DNA from: an uncultured SAR86 cluster bacterium
GTDB lineage: Bacteria; Pseudomonadota; Gammaproteobacteria; Magnimaribacterales; D2472
Assembly: GCA_964276145.1 (NCBI GenBank)
Contig: CAXYDN010000007.1
Location: 74,411 to 138,410 of the forward strand
Length of the DNA: 64,000 nucleotides
Reading direction: 5' to 3'
A program made the translations under genes and the position numbers. The notes under the pieces were generated by a model. The model did not search any database. It was not told the origin of the DNA and was given only the letters and a program-made list of their open reading frames with translations. This document shows, one piece after another, positions 8,187-16,836 of this stretch (positions are counted from its first letter, which is position 1; every line of letters starts with the position of its first letter).

Positions 8187-9857
8187 TTAGTTTTTGATTA
8201 TAAATTCTTTCGTTAGATCTTTCATTTCATTTCTTAGAACAAATAAAGCAATTAAATTAGGAATTGAGACCAGTGCTACTACCACATATGCTATGTTCCA
8301 AACAATTGTTGTATCAATAACAGCTGCTAAAATAAAACATAAAACATAAAAATTTCTGTACCAAAAAACCCCTCTTTCACCAAAGATATATGCTGTTGAT
8401 CTATCACCGTAATAGCACCAAGTTATTGCAGTAGAAAATGCAAATAAAAGTAATGCTATTGCAACTAACTTACCGCCATACTGACCGAATATACCTTGTG
8501 AAAAGGCTTTTGCAGTAAGCTCTGCTGAGCTAACTAATGATTTTCCTTCAAATATCACTGGTTCTTTTACCTTTCCATCGATAACAGTCACAGATCCTGT
8601 ATAAAGAATTTTTTCAACATTATCCTTAACAAGGATATTCTCAGCAATTGATCTTGAATGGAGTACAGTAATATCAGAACTCATTAATTGTCCTTCTTGA
8701 ATTTCTAATACACCTGAAAACTCGCTAACATCAGAATCAATAGATTGAACATATCTTGTTAACTGATTCATATCATTAGGATAAAGATAAGTTCCATCAA
8801 CATTCTCTGTATCACTATAAGTTCCATCAAGAATAACCATGTCAGTTTTAGAGAAAGTAGTATCAAATTTTTCAGTCCAAACACCACTTGATAAGATTAC
8901 CAAAGCAGTTACGCTACAAACAACAATCGTATCAATAAATGGCTCTAATATTGAGACAACACCTTGGTCAATAGATGTGTTCTTTGAAGAAGCATGAGCA
9001 ATTGGAGAAGAGCCTTGACCAGCTTCATTTGAATATAGACCTCTTGCAACACCATATTTTAAACTCATTGCAAAACTTGCACCCAGAAATCCTCCAACTG
9101 CAGCTGATCCAGTAAAGACTTGAGCAAAAATGGCGTTAAATGATGGAATAATATTTTGATAATTTTCTACAAGGATAACTAATGCGCCACCAAAATATAT
9201 TAAGCCCATTATTGGAATAATCTTACTTGCAACAGAGGCAATTCTCTTAATTCCTCCAATAATAATGATCCAAAGCAAGACTCCCAAAAATAGTCCTGTA
9301 AACAATTTAGGTACTGAGAATTCTGTATTCATTACTAGAGCTATATTATTGATTTGCGGCATATTTCCTGAGCCAATAGCTGTAATCATCATTAAAAATG
9401 CAAAGAGAATTCCAGCCCATTTCATATTCAAGGCATGCTCTATATAATACATAGGCCCACCTGATATTGAACCATCTTCAAGTTTAGTTCTATATTTATG
9501 ACCCATAGTCACTTCAACAAATTTTGTTGTCATTCCAAAAATTGCTGTTATCCACATCCAAAAGATCGCGGCTGGCCCACCTGTCCATATAGCAAGTGCT
9601 ACACCACCAATATTGCCTGTGCCAACTGCACCTGACATTGCTGTTGTAAGTGCCTCAAAGGCAGTTGTTTCACCCTCGGCATCAGATTTGGTATTTTTAC
9701 CAGAAACCAACTTCCATGCCTTACCAAAAAATCTGAATTGAGGAAAGCCTAAATATATCGTAAAAAATATACCAGTTCCGACAAGTAAAATTGGAAACCA
9801 CCATGATCCACTTAAATTGCTATCTAGAAGTAATAAAAATTCATTAAATTGATTCAT
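8187..9857 (-). CDS. alanine/glycine:cation symporter (AGCS family) with a roughly 110-aa soluble insertion
   Basis: AGCS hallmarks are GGPMYYIE, SNEAGQGSSPIAHA and FAFST.I.W.YYG. At 556 aa it is longer than the roughly 450-480 aa typical of the family. The extra non-hydrophobic segment is aa ~328-440. Confidence 0.85.
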   Translation of the reverse strand: MNQFNEFLLLLDSNLSGSWWFPILLVGTGIFFTIYLGFPQFRFFGKAWKLVSGKNTKSDAEGETTAFEALTTAMSGAVGTGNIGGVALAIWTGGPAAIFWMWITAIFGMTTKFVEVTMGHKYRTKLEDGSISGGPMYYIEHALNMKWAGILFAFLMMITAIGSGNMPQINNIALVMNTEFSVPKLFTGLFLGVLLWIIIIGGIKRIASVASKIIPIMGLIYFGGALVILVENYQNIIPSFNAIFAQVFTGSAAVGGFLGASFAMSLKYGVARGLYSNEAGQGSSPIAHASSKNTSIDQGVVSILEPFIDTIVVCSVTALVILSSGVWTEKFDTTFSKTDMVILDGTYSDTENVDGTYLYPNDMNQLTRYVQSIDSDVSEFSGVLEIQEGQLMSSDITVLHSRSIAENILVKDNVEKILYTGSVTVIDGKVKEPVIFEGKSLVSSAELTAKAFSQGIFGQYGGKLVAIALLLFAFSTAITWCYYGDRSTAYIFGERGVFWYRNFYVLCFILAAVIDTTIVWNIAYVVVALVSIPNLIALFVLRNEMKDLTKEFIIKN

Positions 9858-9859
9858 AA

Positions 9860-10090
9860 CTATCCTTTATTTTGTGACCAAACTTCTAGCTCTGTATAAC
9901 CACCCACATCATTACCATCTATTTTAATTTGGGGAAAAGTTCTAGCTGTAGGAAAGATATCAAAAAATTCATCTCTAGAAAAATCTTTATCTAGCTCCTT
10001 GTATGAATATTCATAACCCTCTCTTTCGCACAGAGCTTTTGCTTTATCGCAATATGGACAAAAAGTTTTTCCGTATATTTCAATCATCAT
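9860..10090 (-). CDS. glutaredoxin (dithiol, CPYC)
   Basis: 76 aa with the active site FCPYCDKAK, TFPQI and GG motifs of the glutaredoxin fold. Confidence 0.75.
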   Translation of the reverse strand: MMIEIYGKTFCPYCDKAKALCEREGYEYSYKELDKDFSRDEFFDIFPTARTFPQIKIDGNDVGGYTELEVWSQNKG

Positions 10091-10130
10091 GATAATATTC
10101 CTTCTATTGTTAAATCATTATAAACAAAAA

Positions 10131-10898
10131 ATGTCATTATTTAGTCTTAAAAATAAATCAATTCTAATTACAGGTAGTTCTAAAGGTATTGGTAAATCAA
10201 TAGCTCATCAGTCTGCACTTATGGGTGCTAATGTCATTATATCATCAAGAAAGATGGATGCTTGTGAAGAGACTGCAAAAGAAATAAATGACGATATTGG
10301 TAAGCAGGTGGCATTTCCTATTGCATGTAATATTGCAGATGATGATCAACTTAAAAATTTAGTAGATAAGACAATAGAAACTTTGGGTGGAATAGATTCT
10401 CTGATTTGTAATGCTGCTACAAACACTTTTATGGGTTCAATGCTTGATATGGATATAGAGCAATTTGATAAAGTAATGCATAACAACATTAGATCTAACC
10501 AACTTTTATGCAATCTTTGTCTACCATATATGATTAAAAAGAGAGATGGTTCAATAATTATCATATCGAGTATTGCAGCAATTAAAGGAAGTGCCTTTCT
10601 TGGTGCATATAATATAAGTAAAGCTGCTGACGTTATGATTGTAAAAAATATTGCTGCAGAATTTGGCAATAAAAATATTAGAGCAAATTCTATTGCGCCT
10701 GGGTTGATAAAAACTGATTTTGCAAAAGGCTTATGGGAAAATCCTGATATATTGAATACAGTACTCCAATCAAATCCAATGAAGAGAATTGGTGAGCCAG
10801 ATGAGATTGCAGGTGCAGCAATTATGCTATCGTCAAATGCTGGAAGCTATATTAATGGACAAACAATAGTTATAGATGGAGGAACAACTATTGTTTAA
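10131..10898 (+). CDS. short-chain dehydrogenase/reductase (SDR family oxidoreductase)
   Basis: TGSSKGIGKS cofactor loop, NAA, catalytic S...YxxxK (YNISK) and PGLIKT. The start is placed at the ATG at 10131 (MSLFSLKNK). Confidence 0.8.
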   Translation: MSLFSLKNKSILITGSSKGIGKSIAHQSALMGANVIISSRKMDACEETAKEINDDIGKQVAFPIACNIADDDQLKNLVDKTIETLGGIDSLICNAATNTFMGSMLDMDIEQFDKVMHNNIRSNQLLCNLCLPYMIKKRDGSIIIISSIAAIKGSAFLGAYNISKAADVMIVKNIAAEFGNKNIRANSIAPGLIKTDFAKGLWENPDILNTVLQSNPMKRIGEPDEIAGAAIMLSSNAGSYINGQTIVIDGGTTIV

Positions 10899-11871
10899 CA
10901 GACAATTTTAGCTCACTAAAAAAGTAGTTTAAAACATGAGTTTCGTTTATAGATGTAACATCGAACAGGTCATCTCTCAAATCATTTATATCATTTATTA
11001 AATTTGAAATTTTTAGTTTATTAAACTTGGTGGAATTAAAGATTTTATAAGTACCGCTTAACTCTTCATCTGTTATTCTTGCTTTAAGTATGATTTTATA
11101 AAACTCTACAAAATAATTCATTTTCGAGATAAAGTTAATATCAATGTCATTTAATAATTTTATTGCTTGATTTTGATCTATTTTTTGTGAAATAAAATCA
11201 ACTAATATTGAAATAAATTCCTTATAACAATTTTGTCTATTGCTTTGAATATCATCTAATATTGAAAAAGGTGTAGCAAAGCTTGGAAAGTCAATTGATG
11301 AAAAATCATTAATGCCGTTATCCTGAAGCCAATCATTAATTTTACTTGAGGAAAGGTATGGTATATTGATGACTTGGCATCTGCTATAAATTGTTTGATT
11401 TAAAGCCTTAGATCTACTGGTAGTCATAATAATATAAGAAAAAGATGCTGGTTCTTCCAGTGACTTTAGTAATGCATTTTGAGCTATATTATTCATTGTG
11501 TCTGCATTAATCATGCAAACTACTTTATTTTTTGATATAGATGGAGTTAGAGTTAAAAAAGATACTACATCATTAAAACCTTTTTCTTCATCCCAGTTTT
11601 TAGAGTCTTTCTTCTGTCGTCTGATATCTTTTAGTAAGTATTTATCTTTATCTAACAGGTATAGATCAGGATGATTATTTTTATCTAATAAATTTTGATG
11701 ATCATTATTTAAATTTTCTTTAAAATTAGAAATGATTTTTTCAGATATTTTTTTTGCAAGCAATTTCTTGCCAACACCTCTTGGGCCATTAATGATAATA
11801 CCATGCGGAAGGTTGTTAAAATTTATTGAATTATATGGATTAACTAACCAGTCACACTTATCAAAAATCAT
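10888..11871 (-). CDS. holB: DNA polymerase III delta-prime subunit
   Basis: GPRGVGKK P-loop-like motif, ALLKSLEEP, SRC motif, and the conserved position after tmk. Confidence 0.75.
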   Translation of the reverse strand: MIFDKCDWLVNPYNSINFNNLPHGIIINGPRGVGKKLLAKKISEKIISNFKENLNNDHQNLLDKNNHPDLYLLDKDKYLLKDIRRQKKDSKNWDEEKGFNDVVSFLTLTPSISKNKVVCMINADTMNNIAQNALLKSLEEPASFSYIIMTTSRSKALNQTIYSRCQVINIPYLSSSKINDWLQDNGINDFSSIDFPSFATPFSILDDIQSNRQNCYKEFISILVDFISQKIDQNQAIKLLNDIDINFISKMNYFVEFYKIILKARITDEELSGTYKIFNSTKFNKLKISNLINDINDLRDDLFDVTSINETHVLNYFFSELKLSVKQ

Positions 11872-12461
11872 ATATGTTGACTTGTGATATTAATAACTTC
11901 TTGATGCAAATCGTTTATTGGCTTTTGAGCATTAAGAACTTTAATTCTATTATTATTTTTACTTAAATCTAAATAGCCTTGTCTAACATTCTCAAAAAAA
12001 GTATTGCCAGATGATTCTATTCTATCTTTAGTATCATTAGTTTTTCTTTTAAAACCCTCATCAACAGAAATATCAAGTAAAAATGTAATATCAGGAATTG
12101 GGCATTTAGTGAATTCAATAAGATTATTAATTAACTCTAATGAAAGGCCTCTTCCATATCCCTGATATGCAGATGATGCATCAAAAAATCTATCAAACAA
12201 GATAAAATCATTACTGGAATTTATAATTTTTTCTTTAATAAGTTGAGCTCTTGCCGAAAACATTAAAAGAAGCTCGGTTTCAGATGAAAGATCTTCATCA
12301 GAATTTAAAAGAATATCACGTATTTTTTCACCAGTAACTGTTGATCCAGGTTCTCTTAATATTTCAGTTGCAAGACCTTTTGATTTTAGATGTTCATCAA
12401 GCATTTTTATTTGCGTTGATTTACCAACACCTTCAATACCTTCAAAACTAATTATCTTCAT
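11868..12461 (-). CDS. tmk: thymidylate kinase
   Basis: FEGIEGVGKSTQ P-loop, DRF..SS.AYQG, and synteny mltG-tmk-holB. Confidence 0.9.
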   Translation of the reverse strand: MKIISFEGIEGVGKSTQIKMLDEHLKSKGLATEILREPGSTVTGEKIRDILLNSDEDLSSETELLLMFSARAQLIKEKIINSSNDFILFDRFFDASSAYQGYGRGLSLELINNLIEFTKCPIPDITFLLDISVDEGFKRKTNDTKDRIESSGNTFFENVRQGYLDLSKNNNRIKVLNAQKPINDLHQEVINITSQHI

Positions 12462-13408
12462 TTATCTAGACCTATCTTACTAATCATTTGCTTATGTTCT
12501 TCATATGTTTTAGAAAAATAATGAGAGGTTGGTGAGTTAGCTACAAAAAATAAATAATCGCCAGGGAAGCTTGTGATAGCTGCTTCAAGTGATGATATAG
12601 AAACTATAGAAATCGGTGTTGGGGGTAAGCCTTTAATCATATATGTATTGTATCTATTATTATTATCAAGAATATCAGATTTTTTAATATCTCCATCAAA
12701 ATCTGGTAATAAACCATAAATAATGGTTGGGTCTGCTTGAAGTTTCATACCAAGACTGATTCTTTTTAAAAAAACACTTGCTATATCTTTTTTTTCAAAA
12801 TGATTACCAGCTTCCTTTTCAATAATAGAAGCTAATATTAAAGCCTCATATTTATTTTTTAATAAATTTAATTCAGGTTTTTTATTCCATAATTCTGTTA
12901 ACTTTAGATCAAGGCTTTTATGACTAGCTTTAAGAATATCTGATGCTTTCATGCCCTTTTTATAAAAATAAGTATCCGGGTATAGAATGCCTTCATTAAA
13001 AGGATAACTAGTTGTTAAACAACTTAAGTTTAAACAATCATTTATGAGATAACTTTTATCTATAATTTTATTAAGATCGAATATATTCATTCCTTCATTA
13101 ATTATTATGAAGCGAGTGAAGGTGTTACCTTTGTTGAAAGAATTTATTGCAGTTGCAATGTTCATTTTTGAGATATTGTATTCACCGACTTGAAAAGAAT
13201 TGATATTATTTTTATTAGCATAAATTTTAAAAAATAATTTATTAAGTAAACTGTCTGAAGCTAATTTTGAAATTACAGCATACATGCTATCGCCAGGCAT
13301 AATTTCTATAAAAGATTCAGAGTGTTCTGAATTAAAGAAAGCCTTGTAGGGACCTACAAATGAGATAATAAAAATTAATATTATAAATATGTTTCTAAGT
13401 AATAACAT
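12458..13408 (-). CDS. mltG: endolytic murein transglycosylase MltG (YceG family)
   Basis: N-terminal anchor plus the YceG motifs ASIIEKEA, NTY...GLPP.PI and HYFS.T..EH. Confidence 0.85.
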   Translation of the reverse strand: MLLLRNIFIILIFIISFVGPYKAFFNSEHSESFIEIMPGDSMYAVISKLASDSLLNKLFFKIYANKNNINSFQVGEYNISKMNIATAINSFNKGNTFTRFIIINEGMNIFDLNKIIDKSYLINDCLNLSCLTTSYPFNEGILYPDTYFYKKGMKASDILKASHKSLDLKLTELWNKKPELNLLKNKYEALILASIIEKEAGNHFEKKDIASVFLKRISLGMKLQADPTIIYGLLPDFDGDIKKSDILDNNNRYNTYMIKGLPPTPISIVSISSLEAAITSFPGDYLFFVANSPTSHYFSKTYEEHKQMISKIGLDK

Positions 13409-13423
13409 TTATATGTTTATCAT

Positions 13424-13460
13424 AAAAAAACGAGATTCCATATTACTACGGAATCTCGTT
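13424..13460 (-). terminator. rho-independent terminator downstream of acpP
   Basis: On the minus strand the stem is ACGAGATTCC / GGAATCTCGT with a 10-nt loop, followed by T7. Confidence 0.7.
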
Positions 13461-13524
13461 AAAATAATTCTAATAAAAACTGTTATCGAATACAGTTTAA
13501 GAGTAACTATATTAAAAATACTTT

Positions 13525-13755
13525 TTATGAATTTGTATTAATATAATCCACTGCTTCGTTAACAGTTGAAATTTTTTCAGCATCTTCGTCTGCAATTTCT
13601 AGATCAAATTCTTCTTCTAAAGCCATAACTAATTCAACCGTATCTAGAGAATCAGCTCCAAGGTCATCTACAAATGATGAATCACTCTGAATTTCATCAA
13701 CAGATTTGCCAAGCTGATCACTAACGATTTTTTTAACTCTATCTTCAATACTCAT
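13525..13755 (-). CDS. acpP: acyl carrier protein
   Basis: 76 aa with the [19 protein letters not shown] phosphopantetheine-attachment motif. Confidence 0.95.
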   Translation of the reverse strand: MSIEDRVKKIVSDQLGKSVDEIQSDSSFVDDLGADSLDTVELVMALEEEFDLEIADEDAEKISTVNEAVDYINTNS

Positions 13756-13828
13756 AATTACTCCAAAGTAAAAAACAGCATTTTACATCTATTCATAAAA
13801 AGATGCACATTTATTTAAAAAGTGGTAT

Positions 13829-14545
13829 TTAATACATAAACAAGCCACCATCAACAGAAATGGTTTGACCAGTAATGTAAGAAGCATCTTCACTTGCTAA
13901 AAAAATAGCTAACTCAGCTATATCATTAACAGAGCCGAGTCTTTTTAAAGGAATATCTTGTGTTAATTTTTCCTTAGCATTTTCATCGAGATATGATGTC
14001 ATATCCGTCTCAATAAAACCTGGGGCTATTGAATTTACAGTGATTCCTCTAGAGCCAACCTCTTTTGCTAAAGATTTAGTAAAGCCGCTAAGCCCTGCTT
14101 TGGCTGATGAATAATTAACCTGACCTGGGTTTCCCATTAAACCTGAAACTGATGAGATATTTATAATCCTTCCGTGTCTATTTTTAATCATACCTTTAAT
14201 TAGGGCTTTTGTTAGATTGAAGGTGCCAGTTAAATTAGTAGCGATAACATTATCCCAATCTTCGTCTTTCATTCTTAAAAATAATTGATCAGAAGTTATA
14301 CCAGCATTATTTATTAAAATTGATGGTGTTAAATTATTTTCTTTTAGATAATTCATACACTCATTAACAGAGTCCCTATTTGTGATATCTAAGGACAACG
14401 GAATTAAATTTGAGTTATCTGAATCAAATGTAAAATTATTTCTTGATGTTCCAATAACTTTATGACCTTTATTTGCAAAATGTCCTGCAATAGCAGTTCC
14501 TATTCCGCGAGAGGCTCCAGATATAAATACTACTTCTTCACTCAT
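13829..14545 (-). CDS. fabG: 3-oxoacyl-ACP reductase
   Basis: SDR motifs GASRGIG, NNAG and YSSAKAG; located between fabD and acpP. Confidence 0.9.
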   Translation of the reverse strand: MSEEVVFISGASRGIGTAIAGHFANKGHKVIGTSRNNFTFDSDNSNLIPLSLDITNRDSVNECMNYLKENNLTPSILINNAGITSDQLFLRMKDEDWDNVIATNLTGTFNLTKALIKGMIKNRHGRIINISSVSGLMGNPGQVNYSSAKAGLSGFTKSLAKEVGSRGITVNSIAPGFIETDMTSYLDENAKEKLTQDIPLKRLGSVNDIAELAIFLASEDASYITGQTISVDGGLFMY

Positions 14546-15459
14546 AATAATTGTTGTAACTCATCATTAAATGTTGGAGACATCATTGATAATATATTAT
14601 TTAATCCATTTGTTTTTGCAAGACCTGTGAGTACTCTACCTGGTCCGCATTCAATCACAATTCCATCATAATTCTTAATATGATTCATAGTATCGACCCA
14701 TTGGACTGGTTTAAATAGCTGGTTCTTTAATTTTGATTTAATTTCTAATGAATCAATTGAAGGTAAAGCATCGAAATTATGAAGGATTGGAATATCTGGC
14801 TCAGTAAATGAAATATTGTTTAGTTCCCCCTCTAATTGATCAGCTGCATCTTTCATCAAGGCGCAATGAGAGGCAACGCTTACTTTAAGTTGAATACATC
14901 TTTTTGCACCTGCCTCTTTACACTTTTCAGCCACCAGTATTGTAGAATCGTTATCCCCTGCTACAACGATCTGGTTTTGAGAGTTGATATTTGCGGCGCT
15001 AACTATTTTTCCAGTTGCTTCTTCAACTTCTTTGCAAATATTTTGAATTGAAATAAGGTCTAGGTTTAATATGGCAAACATAGATCCAGGCTTTGCATTC
15101 TCCATAAAAACACCCCTTTTATGAACTAAAGATACAGCTGTCGATAGATCTATAGAATTAGATGCCAATAATGCTGAATACTCTCCAAGTGAATGCCCGG
15201 CAAATAAATCAGGGACTAATCCAGTATCAGTAATAAATTTTTGATAGTAAAGATAAGAAGTTATTAGAATAGCCGGTTGGGTGATTGATGTTTTATTTAA
15301 AACCTCTTCTGGACCATTAGTGATGCAATCTACGATGTTAATATCAAGGATATTACTAGTTATATCTAAAATGTTATTTAATTCATCGCTAAATGGATTA
15401 AGCATCCCCAATGACTGGGATCCCTGACCTGGAAAAATTAAACTTATATGCCTAGGCAT
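14542..15459 (-). CDS. fabD: malonyl-CoA:ACP transacylase
   Basis: FPGQGSQ, the GHSLGEYSAL active-site serine motif, and synteny. Confidence 0.9.
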   Translation of the reverse strand: MPRHISLIFPGQGSQSLGMLNPFSDELNNILDITSNILDINIVDCITNGPEEVLNKTSITQPAILITSYLYYQKFITDTGLVPDLFAGHSLGEYSALLASNSIDLSTAVSLVHKRGVFMENAKPGSMFAILNLDLISIQNICKEVEEATGKIVSAANINSQNQIVVAGDNDSTILVAEKCKEAGAKRCIQLKVSVASHCALMKDAADQLEGELNNISFTEPDIPILHNFDALPSIDSLEIKSKLKNQLFKPVQWVDTMNHIKNYDGIVIECGPGRVLTGLAKTNGLNNILSMMSPTFNDELQQLL

Positions 15460-15462
15460 TAG

Positions 15463-15672
15463 TTAGACTGTTGTATCTTCAGCCTCTTCTTTCTCAACTT
15501 TTCTTAAATCTTTTACAAGTCTGCCTTTGTAGAATCCATCCTTAGTCATTTGATGACGAGCATGTTTTTCACCAGATACAGGATCAATTGATAGTGTTGA
15601 TGCATTTAGTGAATCATGAGATCTTCTTTGACCTCTTCTTGATCGTGTTACTTTACTTTTTTGAACTGCCAT
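15463..15672 (-). CDS. rpmF: 50S ribosomal protein L32
   Basis: The N-terminus [20 protein letters not shown] is diagnostic of L32. Confidence 0.9.
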   Translation of the reverse strand: MAVQKSKVTRSRRGQRRSHDSLNASTLSIDPVSGEKHARHQMTKDGFYKGRLVKDLRKVEKEEAEDTTV

Positions 15673-15729
15673 ACTTACCCTTAAAAAAAATGTATCCTAT
15701 CAAAATTATACTATGAATGGTAGAAAAAC

Positions 15730-16641
15730 TTACTTTAATCCTTCGATGAGATTTAAAAATGAATCATCTAATTCTGCTTTAATTGATATTAGTTTATTTT
15801 CCATATCATAAAATTCTATTAGCATTGAGTGAAGTGCCATTCTTTTTATATTTTTATGAGATATTTGATTATTAAACTCTATATCCCCATACTTATTATC
15901 ATTTAACACTGGATGGCCAATATGATTGCTTTGAACTCTAATCTGATGTGTTCTGCCAGTAAAAATTTCAATTTCTACTAGACAAGAAGAGTTTAATTTT
16001 AATTTTGGTATAAATATAGATACAGACTCTTTGCCATCATCTGAAATATAAGATTTTTTATTAGATGTCTCAGACTTATTAATTAAAGATTTAATTTCTT
16101 TTTTGCTATTTAAATGGCCCTTAAGAATTGCTGTGTATTTTTTCTTAATTTTTTTATCCAGAAGTAATTTATTAAACCATTTATTTGATTTCTTGTTTTT
16201 AGATAGCACAAGACATCCAGATGTTTCCTTATCTATTCGATGGCATAAATCAATAGAATCATCATATATTGATCTTACAACGTCTATAATTCCGATATTG
16301 TTCTTTGTACCCCCATGAACTGCTATGCCATAAGGCTTGTTGATGATAATAAAATTATTATCTTCGAATATAATATTGTCAGTTATTAAAGTTTTTAAGC
16401 TTATGTTAACTTTATGTTTAGGGCCATTTCTATCTTCGTTTAAGTATGGAGGGATTCTTATTAAATCACCAGAAGAGATCTTAGTGTTAGGCTTAACTCT
16501 TCCAGAATTAACCCTGACCTCACCCTTTCTAATAATGCTATATATTTTAGATTTAGGAATTTCTTTATAGATAGACATCAAGTAATTGTCTAATCTTCTT
16601 CCATCATTATCATCGTTAACTTCTAATATTTTGACAGGCAT
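15730..16641 (-). CDS. rluC: 23S rRNA pseudouridine synthase, RluC-like (RluA family)
   Basis: N-terminal S4 domain (RLD.YL), catalytic HRIDKETSG and TGRTHQIR. It is divergent from rne, as in E. coli. Confidence 0.8.
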   Translation of the reverse strand: MPVKILEVNDDNDGRRLDNYLMSIYKEIPKSKIYSIIRKGEVRVNSGRVKPNTKISSGDLIRIPPYLNEDRNGPKHKVNISLKTLITDNIIFEDNNFIIINKPYGIAVHGGTKNNIGIIDVVRSIYDDSIDLCHRIDKETSGCLVLSKNKKSNKWFNKLLLDKKIKKKYTAILKGHLNSKKEIKSLINKSETSNKKSYISDDGKESVSIFIPKLKLNSSCLVEIEIFTGRTHQIRVQSNHIGHPVLNDNKYGDIEFNNQISHKNIKRMALHSMLIEFYDMENKLISIKAELDDSFLNLIEGLK

Positions 16642-16836
16642 GGGACAAATCTATAGGATATACGAGTAAATGACTACTTAAATTAGTCAATTTTTAATTA
16701 AAAGAAAGATATATACAACAGTTTAAATACAACTCCTAACCGAGTTAATCACGTAAGCAACAGATAGTAAGACTTACTGATAGAAGCTTAATCAAGCACA
16801 CTGCTGCATTATCTTCCTATATTTAGGGAGAATAAT

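Noticed and set aside
16642-16836. Structured rne 5' UTR (autoregulatory hairpins as in E. coli)
   Set aside because: A 195-nt leader-sized gap exists. However, I found only a weak 5-6 bp hairpin (AGTAAG-A-CTTACT around 16768-16780), which is not enough to call a conserved regulatory element by eye.
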